In this document: one piece after another, positions 29,426-37,325 of the stretch
How the letters are laid out: every line of letters begins with the position of its first letter
How positions within the stretch are numbered: position 1 is the stretch's first letter
Assembly: GCA_963837165.1 (NCBI GenBank)
Contig: CAWIMD010000002.1
Span: 1,031,029-1,095,028 of the forward strand
Source of the DNA: Vicinamibacteria bacterium
GTDB taxonomy: Bacteria > Acidobacteriota > Vicinamibacteria > Vicinamibacterales > JAENWD01
DNA length: 64,000 nucleotides
Direction: 5' to 3'
The notes under the pieces: model-generated
The model's database searches: none
Told to the model about the DNA's origin: nothing
Seen by the model: only the letters and a program-made list of their open reading frames with translations
Program-made: the position numbers and the translations under genes

Positions 29426-30808
29426 ATGCTCTCCCGCCGCCGATTTCTGGCCACGCTGGCCGCGTCGCTGACCGCAGGCCGCGGCGCGCTCCATGCCGGT
29501 CCGCGCTCCCCGGCGTGGCACACGCCCGTTCCCGAGGCGGGCTGGGGGTACGGACAGGCGTTCGGCCTGGCCGTACGCCAGAACCGCCGCCTCCCCGAGG
29601 GGCTGCCACCCTCGCTGCCGAGAGCGGTCCCGCGGCTGCCGCCGCTGGACGCCGCGCAGACCGGCCGGCTCCTGCGCGCCCGGTTCCCCGATCTGAAACA
29701 GCGATTCCTGTTCGAGTACTACCCGTGGTACGGCAACAACCCCTGGCGGCACTGGAACCAGTGGGACCGCGTCCCTCCGTACGACCTGGCGGTGACGTCC
29801 GTGCCGGCTCTCGGCCCGTACGATTCCCGCGACCCCGCCGTCGTCGAACGGCACGCCCGCTGGATCGCGGAGGCCGGCGTCGGGGGCGTGAACATCAGCT
29901 GGTGGGGCCGTGGGAGCTGGGAAGACCTCGCGACGCCGCTCGTGATGGACGTCATGCGCGATCACGGCCTCAAGGTGGCGTTCCACCTCGAGCCGTACAA
30001 CGATTCGCGCACCGAAAACTACGCCGGCGACATCCAGTACCTGCTGCGTGAGTACGGCGACAAGCGGCGGTGGGACTGCTTCCTGCTCCTGCGGGACGCC
30101 GGCGGCAGGGAAGTGCCGGTCTTCAAGTCGTTCGCGACCCTGCTGCCACAGACCTCGACCGACTGTCACGGCGTCACGTCCCGTGTGGCGCTCTGGCGTC
30201 CCGACGGAACGTGGCGCCGTCAGACGGACACGGTACGCGACACGTTCCGAGGCGACTTCGACCGGATCTACCTGCTCGCCGACTCCGGCGCGCTGGACCA
30301 CGTCCAGGTCTGCGGCTTCGACGGCATCGCGATGTACGACAGCTTTCTCAGACCGACGCGGTGGCCGGATCTGGCAAAGGCCTGCCGCGACTTCCACCTC
30401 GTGTACTCGTTCAACATCAACTCGGGATTCGACGGCATCGCCCAGCGCAACGTGCCGGCGGACTCCTGTTATCGGCCGACCCCGTTCGAGCCGCCGGCCA
30501 ACCTCGATTTCACCGATCCGGACCAGCGGGAGCTGGCGCGCCGGCTGTCGGAACACCGCATGGAGGAATCGTTCCGGGCCACGCTGATCGTGCAGACCGA
30601 CCCGGCGCTGACCGACACCGGCGACGGCTTCTTCCTCGTCTACATCAACTCGTTCAACGAGTGGCACGAGGGCACGGCGATGGAGCCGGCGCGCGATCAC
30701 GCGGCGCTGCTGCCGCAGGAGTCGCCGTACGGCTACCACAACGCCGCCCAGGGCAACTACCGGCTGGCGTACCTCACCGAACGGCTGGGCGAACTGCTCG
30801 CCGGTTAA
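29426..30808 (+). CDS. Glycoside hydrolase family 99-like (endo-alpha-mannosidase-like), Tat signal
   Basis: Twin-arginine signal MLSRRRFLATL. Motifs FEYYPWYG, ISWWGRG and NSFNEWHEGT resemble GH99. Confidence 0.62.
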   Translation: MLSRRRFLATLAASLTAGRGALHAGPRSPAWHTPVPEAGWGYGQAFGLAVRQNRRLPEGLPPSLPRAVPRLPPLDAAQTGRLLRARFPDLKQRFLFEYYPWYGNNPWRHWNQWDRVPPYDLAVTSVPALGPYDSRDPAVVERHARWIAEAGVGGVNISWWGRGSWEDLATPLVMDVMRDHGLKVAFHLEPYNDSRTENYAGDIQYLLREYGDKRRWDCFLLLRDAGGREVPVFKSFATLLPQTSTDCHGVTSRVALWRPDGTWRRQTDTVRDTFRGDFDRIYLLADSGALDHVQVCGFDGIAMYDSFLRPTRWPDLAKACRDFHLVYSFNINSGFDGIAQRNVPADSCYRPTPFEPPANLDFTDPDQRELARRLSEHRMEESFRATLIVQTDPALTDTGDGFFLVYINSFNEWHEGTAMEPARDHAALLPQESPYGYHNAAQGNYRLAYLTERLGELLAG

Positions 30809-30925
30809 TCCCCAGCCCCCCAGATCCCCAGATCCCCAGCCCCCCAGATCCCCAGATCCCCAGATCCCCAGATCCCCAGATCCCCAGATCCCCAGATCCC
30901 CAGATCCCCAGATCCCCAGATCCCC
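30809..30925 (-). repeat. Family B octamer array (12 x AGATCCCC plus 2 x AGCCCCCC on the plus strand; GGGGATCT on the minus strand)
   Basis: Read directly. Spans the entire spacer between the GH99 TAA (30806-30808) and the amidohydrolase TAG (30925-30927). Confidence 0.97.
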
Positions 30926-32241
30926 TAGTTCGTTCCGACGTCCTTCCCCCCGCGCTTGTAGATGACCCCGCCCTTCATGACGAACGCGGGGTGCTCGAGG
31001 ATGGCGATGTTCGCGAGGGGATCCCCGTCCACCGCGACCAGGTCGGCGAAGCGGCCGGCCTGCACCGAGCCCACGCGATCGCTCCAGCCGAGCAGGTCCG
31101 CCGCCCAGGTCGTCGCCGCCTCGATGGCCTCGGTCGGCGTCATGCCCCACTCGACCATCTTGGCGAACTGCTTGCCGTTGTCGCCGTGCGGGTAGACGCC
31201 GGCGTCGGTGCCGTAGGCCATCTTCACGCCCGCCTTCCACGCCTTCCGGAAGTTCTCGCGCTGCGTCCGTCCGACCCTGCGCTCCTTCTCGAGGATCTTG
31301 TCGGGGTACCCGCGCTTCTTGTACTCCGTCATGATGTAGTCGTCGTTGTAGATGTCCATCACGAGGTAGGTGCCGTGCTCCTTCGCGAGCCGGATGCCCT
31401 CGTCATCGATGAAGGAGGCGTGCTCGACCGAATCGACGCCGGCCTTGATGGCGCGCTTGATGCCTTCGGCGCCGTGGGCGTGGGCCGCCACCCTGCGGCC
31501 CCACATATGGGCTTCCTCGACGAGCGCGTCGAGCTCTTCCTGCGAGTACTGCGGCGCGCCTTCCGAGTCCTCCTCCGACAGCACGCCCGCCGTGGCGAGC
31601 ACCTTGATCACGTCGGCGCCCTGCTTGATGTTCGTGCGCACGAGCTTGCGGATCTCGTCCACACCGTCGGCGATGCCGCTGAACGTCTTGAACATCACGT
31701 ACGGCGAGTAGCCGTTCAGGTCGCCGTGGCCGCCGGTCGCGCTGATCGCGAACCCCGAGACACGCATTCGCGGCCCGGGAATGTCGCCGCGCTCGATCGC
31801 GTTTCTGAGCGCGATGTCCACGTACTCGCCGGCACCCACGTTCCGGATCGTGGTGAAACCGGCCTCGAGCGTCCGCCGCGCGTAAAGGTGCGCCAGGATC
31901 GCGCTGTCGATCGGGCTGCGCTTGAAGAGGTCTTCGTAGAAGTTGTCGCCGGGCTGCCCGGTGACGTGCGTGTGGCAGTCGATGAAGCCCGGCAGCAGCG
32001 TGGCGCCGCCCAGGTCGATCACCTCCGCACCCGCCGGAACGGCCAGCCCGGAGCCCACGGCCGCAATCCGATCGTTTTCGACGATCACGACCGCATTCGC
32101 GGCCGGCGCGCCGCCCGAGCCGTCGAGCAGCCGCGCCGCCTTCACCGCGATCACGTGCGGCGCGGGGGCCTGTCCGTGGCCGACCGCCACCGCCCACAGC
32201 ACCGCCACCGCAATTACACATGCCCGACGCCACATCTGCAT
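30925..32241 (-). CDS. Amidohydrolase family metallo-hydrolase, secreted
   Basis: GFIDCHTHV metal-binding motif and a signal peptide after MQMWRRACV (ATG 32241). The ORF track start at 32268 lies in repeat I. Confidence 0.8.
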   Translation of the reverse strand: MQMWRRACVIAVAVLWAVAVGHGQAPAPHVIAVKAARLLDGSGGAPAANAVVIVENDRIAAVGSGLAVPAGAEVIDLGGATLLPGFIDCHTHVTGQPGDNFYEDLFKRSPIDSAILAHLYARRTLEAGFTTIRNVGAGEYVDIALRNAIERGDIPGPRMRVSGFAISATGGHGDLNGYSPYVMFKTFSGIADGVDEIRKLVRTNIKQGADVIKVLATAGVLSEEDSEGAPQYSQEELDALVEEAHMWGRRVAAHAHGAEGIKRAIKAGVDSVEHASFIDDEGIRLAKEHGTYLVMDIYNDDYIMTEYKKRGYPDKILEKERRVGRTQRENFRKAWKAGVKMAYGTDAGVYPHGDNGKQFAKMVEWGMTPTEAIEAATTWAADLLGWSDRVGSVQAGRFADLVAVDGDPLANIAILEHPAFVMKGGVIYKRGGKDVGTN

Positions 32242-32260
32242 GGATGGTCCCTGTAAGTTG

Positions 32261-32288
32261 TCAGTCATCAGTCTTCAGTTGTCAGTCC
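32261..32288 (+). repeat. Family I heptamer array (TCAGTCN x4)
   Basis: Reads TCAGTCA TCAGTCT TCAGTTG TCAGTCC. Confidence 0.8.
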
Positions 32289-32320
32289 CCAGCCTCGAGC
32301 TTCGACGTCGCGTCTTCGGT

Positions 32321-32360
32321 AGAACCGAGAACCGTGAACCGTGAACCGAGAACCGAGAAT
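32321..32360 (-). repeat. Family E heptamer array (GGTTCTC/GGTTCAC, about 5 units, read on the minus strand)
   Basis: The minus strand reads TAG ATTCTCGGTTCTCGGTTCACGGTTCACGGTTCTCGGTTCT, directly after the stop at 32361-32363. Confidence 0.9.
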
Positions 32361-33962
32361 CTACCGGTTCCGATAAACGACCGCCCGCCACACCTCCACT
32401 CGAGTGCCCGTGGAGTGCGGGTTGGCCGCGCCCGCCGTCACGATCTTCACGGTGTGCATGCCGGGCTTCAGCCCGTAGACGTGCCAGAGCGCGTCATCGT
32501 GGGTGCGCTCGGGGATCCAGCTGTCGATGGGCCTGGCGGCCTTGCCGTCGAGCAGGACGTCCGCGCGGCCCCCCTGCTGCGACAAGCCGCCCAGCAGCGT
32601 CGCCGCTGTGCCGGTGAACGTGAACGTGACCTCCGCGCCGGCGGCATCCGTCGAGAACCCGACCCCCCGTGCGCCGTCCCTCCCCGGACCGATCGGTTCC
32701 CAGCCGCGCCCCCACTGCCAGGCGGGCCGATCGGCGGGCACGACCTCGGTGGGCACGCCCATGTCCCACTGTTCGAGCGCCGGCGGCTTCGCGGTCTGCG
32801 CCGGGATGACGAGCGCGTCCTGCTCGACCCGGCCGCCCGCCAGTCGCACGACCTGCTCGGCCCGCTTCATCGTGGACGAGACGATGTCGTCGAAGGAGTA
32901 GTCGGTGTAGGAGAACTTCTTCCCGGCGAGCGCGGGGATGCCGGCCTTCCACTGGTCCGGGATCCGGTCGTAGCCCAGCATGACGCCCAGGATGCCTGCC
33001 GCGCTCGACGGGTTGCAGTCCGAGTCCTGGCCGGATCGGGTCGCGACGTCCAGCGTCCGGTCGAAGTCTCCGCCCCCGTACAGCAGGCCGAGGGCCACGT
33101 ATCCCCCGTTCAGCTTCGCGTCGATGTTGAAGGGCTCGAGCGACCCGTCCGGGCACGCGTCGTTCCTGTCCCACGTGTCCTCGAGCAGCTGCCACGTCGC
33201 CTTCCAGTCGTCGGGGTGTGCGTCGTGCCAGGCCAGCACGTCGCGGATCACCGCCGCGTACTGGCTGCCCGTCGGCAACGCGGCCAGGCCCGCCTCGACC
33301 ACCCGGTGCGGGTCGGTCTCGAAGAAGGCCGCGGCGTACATGCCGGTGATGAAGAGGCCGCCGTACAGACCGTCGCCGGAGTTCATCACGCGTCCGACGC
33401 GCAGGCAGTAGTCACGCGCCGCCCGGGGAAGCCCTGGCGTCATCAGGCCGATGAAGTCCGACTCGATCTGGAAGTCGATGTCGTTGGCGTGCGGGTTGTA
33501 CCCCGGCTCGCCGGACCGCGGCGCCTCGATCCCCAGGTTCAGCAGCCGTCGGGCGCCGGCGTTGGCGTGCCAGAGGTTGTACTGGGACGTTCGGAACGCC
33601 TCGCCGTACTGCGCCGTCGTGGCATCGAGGCCGAGGCGGTCCATCACGGCCGCGAACGTCATCTCGACGTAGAGATCGTCCTGGTCGATGGCGTTGCCGA
33701 CGTGATCGGGCTGCCACCTCGGCAGCGGGCCTTCGATGATCCGGCCGTTGGAGTGGAACTCGGTCGGGGCGCCGAACGAGACGCCGATCATCTGTCCGGC
33801 CCAGCCGCCGCGCACCCGGTCCTCGAACTCGGCTCTCGACAGCCGCCGCTCGGTCCCCGCGGCGCGCCCGGCCGGGCCCGACGTGAGCACGAGTCCCAGG
33901 GTCAGGACCGCCAGCGCGACCGGCCGGAAACAGCGTGACATGCGGTGAGTTTGTACCCGCAC
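32361..33962 (-). CDS. ADP-ribosylglycohydrolase family protein, secreted, with a C-terminal beta-sandwich extension
   Basis: GGWAGQMIGVSFG...DDLYVEM...SGQDSDCNPSSAAGILG motifs of the ARH/DraG fold. Signal peptide present. Confidence 0.78.
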   Translation of the reverse strand: MRVQTHRMSRCFRPVALAVLTLGLVLTSGPAGRAAGTERRLSRAEFEDRVRGGWAGQMIGVSFGAPTEFHSNGRIIEGPLPRWQPDHVGNAIDQDDLYVEMTFAAVMDRLGLDATTAQYGEAFRTSQYNLWHANAGARRLLNLGIEAPRSGEPGYNPHANDIDFQIESDFIGLMTPGLPRAARDYCLRVGRVMNSGDGLYGGLFITGMYAAAFFETDPHRVVEAGLAALPTGSQYAAVIRDVLAWHDAHPDDWKATWQLLEDTWDRNDACPDGSLEPFNIDAKLNGGYVALGLLYGGGDFDRTLDVATRSGQDSDCNPSSAAGILGVMLGYDRIPDQWKAGIPALAGKKFSYTDYSFDDIVSSTMKRAEQVVRLAGGRVEQDALVIPAQTAKPPALEQWDMGVPTEVVPADRPAWQWGRGWEPIGPGRDGARGVGFSTDAAGAEVTFTFTGTAATLLGGLSQQGGRADVLLDGKAARPIDSWIPERTHDDALWHVYGLKPGMHTVKIVTAGAANPHSTGTRVEVWRAVVYRNR

Positions 33963-34042
33963 GCTGGCCGAGAGTCAAACCCTCGAGTTTCTGCCGCCGC
34001 TGTGGCAGACCTCCAGAATCGCCGTTTCACGAACACGTGACA

Positions 34043-34056
34043 TTCCGGGCCCGGAA
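34043..34056. promoter_or_regulatory. Perfect 14-bp palindrome TTCCGGGCCCGGAA
   Basis: Read directly. Lies in the divergent region between the ARH gene and the LacI-family gene. Confidence 0.35.
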
Positions 34057-34083
34057 ATGAGTGGAACCCACTGACTGACAGCG

Positions 34084-34097
34084 GGAAACGCGTTACA
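34084..34097. promoter_or_regulatory. Candidate LacI-family operator GGAAACG|CGTTACA
   Basis: Imperfect palindrome resembling the TGNAANCGNTTNCA class. Lies just upstream of the regulator ORF. Confidence 0.35.
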
Positions 34098-34102
34098 GGG
34101 AA

Positions 34103-35224
34103 TTGACCGCGGTACAAGTAACCGATTACGATCTGGGCGCCGTGACGGACGAGTTCCGCAACTTCGGCGCCCCGACGCCCGGGCGCCCACGCGAGGTGGC
34201 CAGCGCTCCCACGATTCGGCAGGTGGCCGCCATGGCGGGCGTGTCCACGGCCACGGTCTCTCGAGTGCTGGCGCGGTCCGGCCGGGTGAGCCCCGATCTC
34301 GAAGCCCGCGTCCGGAGCGCCGCAAAGTCGCTCAACTACCAGCCCAATCGCGCCGCGCGCACCCTGCGCGCGCGCCAGGGCTCGACGGTCGGCGTCCTCA
34401 TTCCCGACATCCAGAACCTGTTCTTCACCGCCATCGTGCGCGGCATCGACGACGAGGTGCAGAAGCACGGGTACACGGTGCTGCTGGCCAACTCCGACGG
34501 CTCGCTCGAGCGCGAGCGCGTCTACCTCGATACGTTCCGCGCGGAAGGCGCGGCGGGCCTGCTGGTGATCCCCTCGCAGAACGACGAGCGCATCTACCGC
34601 GAGTTCCTGCAGACCGGCGTGCCGCTGGTGGTGCTCGATCGCACGGTGCACCTGCCCAACGTCGACCTCGTGTCGGTCACCAACAGCGAAGGATCCGCGC
34701 AGGCGGTCACGCACCTCGCCTCCCTCGGTCACCGGCGCATTGCGATGGTGGCGGGCCTGGAGTCGCACAACGTCGGGCGCGAACGGCGGGTCGGTTTCCT
34801 GGTGGGCCTCGAGTCGGCCGGAGTTCCCCTCGACCCGGCCCTGATCCGCGATGGTGGCTTCGAGCGCGAGCGTGCCCGTGTCGCCACGCACGAACTGCTC
34901 GGGCTGCCGGATCCCCCGACGGCAATCTTCAGCGCGAACAACACCATGTCGCTCGGCGTCCTGCAGGCGATCCACGAACGCGGCCTGCGGTCGCCGGAGG
35001 ACGTGTCGGTCGTGGGCTTCGACGACATGCCCTGGCAGGTGGCCACACAGCCGCCGCTCACGTGCATCTCGCAGCCGACCTACGACATCGGCGCGACGGC
35101 GGCACGGCTCCTGATCGCGCGCATCGGCGACCCCGACCGGCCCGTCCGGCGCGTGGTGCTCGAGACCGCCCTCGTCGTGCGCGGGTCGTCCGGGCCGCCG
35201 CCCCGCCGGAGCTCGGCCGCATGA
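34103..35224 (+). CDS. LacI family transcriptional regulator
   Basis: HTH TIRQVAAMAGVSTATVSRVL plus a periplasmic-binding-protein-like effector domain. The start is uncertain (TTG 34103 or GTG 34196). Confidence 0.85.
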   Translation: MTAVQVTDYDLGAVTDEFRNFGAPTPGRPREVASAPTIRQVAAMAGVSTATVSRVLARSGRVSPDLEARVRSAAKSLNYQPNRAARTLRARQGSTVGVLIPDIQNLFFTAIVRGIDDEVQKHGYTVLLANSDGSLERERVYLDTFRAEGAAGLLVIPSQNDERIYREFLQTGVPLVVLDRTVHLPNVDLVSVTNSEGSAQAVTHLASLGHRRIAMVAGLESHNVGRERRVGFLVGLESAGVPLDPALIRDGGFERERARVATHELLGLPDPPTAIFSANNTMSLGVLQAIHERGLRSPEDVSVVGFDDMPWQVATQPPLTCISQPTYDIGATAARLLIARIGDPDRPVRRVVLETALVVRGSSGPPPRRSSAA

Positions 35225-36309
35225 GGCACATCTCCCGCCGGGCCGCCCTCGTCGTCATCACGCTGTCGCTGCTGAGCGCGTGTTCCAGCGGCCGTCCCGA
35301 TCGTCCCGTGGTCGCGCTGGTCATGAAGTCGCTCGCCAACGAGTTCTTCAAGACGATGGAGGATGGGGCCAGGGCGCACCAGGCCGCCCATGCGGCGGAC
35401 TACGAGCTGGTGGCGACGGGCATCAAGGACGAGCAGGACGTCGCGCGCCAGATTGCAATCGTCGAGCAGATGATCGCGCGGGGCGTGGATGCCATCGTCC
35501 TCGCCCCGGCCGATTCGAAGGCCCTGGTCGGGGTGGTCAAGAAGGCGCTCGACGCCGGCATCGTCGTCGTGAACATCGACAACCGGCTCGACCGCGACGC
35601 GATGGTCGAGCGCGGCATCTCGGTCCCCTTCGTGGGCCCCGACAACCGGAAGGGCGCCCACGCGGTGGGCGCGTACGTGGCGAAGCGCCTGAAGCCCGGC
35701 GATCCGGTGGCCATCATCGAGGGCGCTCCCAACGCGTTCAACGGCGAACAGCGCCGCCTCGGGTTCGGCGAGGCCGCACGCGAGGCCGGTCTCGTCGTGG
35801 TCCGATCGCAGACGGCCTACTGGGAAACCGCGCGGGCCCACCAGGTGGTGACCGCCCTCATCAGTGAACGTCCTGACGTGAAGGCCATCCTCTGTGCGAA
35901 CGACAACATGGCTCTCGGCGCAGTGGCGGCGCTCAAGGCGGCGGGCAGGAGCGGTCAGGTGCTGGTCGCCGGCTTCGACAACATCTCCGCCGTGCACGAC
36001 CTCGTCCAGAGCGGCGGCGTGGTCGCCACCGCCGACCAGCACGGCGATCGGCTCGCCGTGTACGGCATCGAGTACGCGCTGGCCGGCCTGCAGGCACGGG
36101 GCACCACCCGCCCCGATCGTGAGACGCCCGTCGACCTGATCACGCCGCAGAACACAAAGGACACAAAGGACACAAAGGACACAAAGGACACAAGGAAAAG
36201 GACACGAAGGACACGAAGGACACGAAGGACACGAAGACCCAGAACCCATAAACCCACAACCCCACAAGCCCACAAACCCACAAGCCCCACAAACCCACAA
36301 ACCCATTAA
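35221..36309 (+). CDS. Sugar ABC transporter substrate-binding lipoprotein (ribose-binding type)
   Basis: ATG 35221 overlaps the LacI stop (ATGA). Lipobox LLSACSS and an RbsB-like fold. The last ~55 codons (NTKDTKDTKD...TRRTRRTRR...KPTSPTNPQTH) are read-through of repeat arrays C1 and H. Confidence 0.82.
   Translation: MRHISRRAALVVITLSLLSACSSGRPDRPVVALVMKSLANEFFKTMEDGARAHQAAHAADYELVATGIKDEQDVARQIAIVEQMIARGVDAIVLAPADSKALVGVVKKALDAGIVVVNIDNRLDRDAMVERGISVPFVGPDNRKGAHAVGAYVAKRLKPGDPVAIIEGAPNAFNGEQRRLGFGEAAREAGLVVVRSQTAYWETARAHQVVTALISERPDVKAILCANDNMALGAVAALKAAGRSGQVLVAGFDNISAVHDLVQSGGVVATADQHGDRLAVYGIEYALAGLQARGTTRPDRETPVDLITPQNTKDTKDTKDTKDTRKRTRRTRRTRRTRRPRTHKPTTPQAHKPTSPTNPQTH
36152..36237 (+). 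repeat. Family C nonamer array (ACACAAAGG x4, degenerate junction, ACACGAAGG x4)
   Basis: Read directly. Confidence 0.95.
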
Positions 36310-36336
36310 CCAACAAACCCATACCCTCCCAGACCC
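36238..36336 (+). repeat. Family H array (CCCACAAN-type, about 11 units of 7-9 nt)
   Basis: Reads CCCAGAA CCCATAAA CCCACAAC CCCACAAG CCCACAAA CCCACAAG CCCCACAAA CCCACAAA CCCATTAAC ... Confidence 0.9.
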
Positions 36337-36340
36337 AGCG

Positions 36341-37291
36341 ATGCGAAGGAGAATCGCGACCGAGAGTGCCGGTCTCGTCGGCGTGCTCGTGCTGCTTGCC
36401 GCGGCCTTCGGCGTGCTCACCAGCCACTTCCTCTCCTGGACGACCGCGCGCGCGCTTGCGAATGAGGCGCCGGATCTTCTGCTGGTCGCGACCGGGATGA
36501 CGCTCGTCATCCTGACCGGAGGCATCGACCTCTCCGTGGGCTCGCTCCTGGCGCTGTCGGGCGCCGTGTTCGGGCAGCTGATTGCGCGGAGCGGAGCCGC
36601 GCTGCCCCTGGCGGTGGCTGGGGCAATTGTCACCGGCGCGGGCTGCGGCTGGCTGAACGGCTGGATCACCGTGCGCTGGCGGTTGCCGTCGTTTCTCGTG
36701 ACGCTTGCGATGCTCGAAATGGCGCGCGGCGCGGCCTACCTGGTGACCTCCTCGCAGACGGTGTACCTCGGCGCGCGCGTCGACGTCGTATCGGCGCCGC
36801 TCGTCGCCGGCCTCGGGCCGCCGGTGCTGGTGGCAGTGGCGGTCGTGGCGCTCGGCCAGTGGACGCTCGACCGGCTCGTGTTCGGGCGACAGGTCTTCGC
36901 GGTGGGCACCAACGAGGAATCGGCGAGGCTGGCGGGCATCTCGCCGGGCCGTATCCGCATTGCCGTGTTCACGCTGTCGGGCCTGCTGGCCGGTGCGGCG
37001 GCAGTCGTGCAGGCCGGGCGGCTCGCGGCGGCCGATCCGAACGCGGGCATGGGGTTCGAGCTCGAGGCGATCGCCGCCGTGGTCATCGGCGGGACGAGCC
37101 TGACGGGCGGCCGCGGCTCGGTCGTCGCATCCGCGCTGGGGGCGCTGGTCATCCTGGTCCTCGGAGCCGGCCTCGCGCAGATGGGAGTCGGGGAGCCGAC
37201 CCGGCGCCTGGTGACGGGCGCGGTGATCGTGTCGGCGGCTGTTACGGACTATTACCGGGGAGGATGGGGGCACAGGAGGATGGGAGGATAG
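36341..37291 (+). CDS. Sugar ABC transporter permease (RbsC type)
   Basis: 10-TM BPD-type permease (LTGGIDLSVGS, AVGTNEESARLAGI). The stop TAG 37289-37291 lies inside repeat D1. Confidence 0.85.
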   Translation: MRRRIATESAGLVGVLVLLAAAFGVLTSHFLSWTTARALANEAPDLLLVATGMTLVILTGGIDLSVGSLLALSGAVFGQLIARSGAALPLAVAGAIVTGAGCGWLNGWITVRWRLPSFLVTLAMLEMARGAAYLVTSSQTVYLGARVDVVSAPLVAGLGPPVLVAVAVVALGQWTLDRLVFGRQVFAVGTNEESARLAGISPGRIRIAVFTLSGLLAGAAAVVQAGRLAAADPNAGMGFELEAIAAVVIGGTSLTGGRGSVVASALGALVILVLGAGLAQMGVGEPTRRLVTGAVIVSAAVTDYYRGGWGHRRMGG

Positions 37292-37325
37292 GAGGATAGG
37301 AGGATGGGAGGATAGGAGGATGGGG
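37260..37325 (+). repeat. Family D octamer array (GAGGATGG / GAGGATAG, 8 units)
   Basis: Read directly. Contains the rbsC-type stop and the ribokinase ATG. Confidence 0.95.

Noticed and set aside
18932-30925. The repeat arrays (for example 18932-19040 and 30809-30925) as CRISPR arrays.
   Set aside because: The units are 7-9 nt and directly abut each other with no unique spacers. CRISPR repeats are about 24-48 nt and are separated by spacers of similar size. No cas genes are in the window.
36152-36309. The Lys/Thr/Arg/Pro-rich C-terminal tail of the sugar-binding lipoprotein as a functional anchor or linker domain.
   Set aside because: The tail is exactly co-linear with DNA arrays C1 and H, which also occur in non-coding contexts. 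The simplest explanation is read-through until the first stop inside the array.
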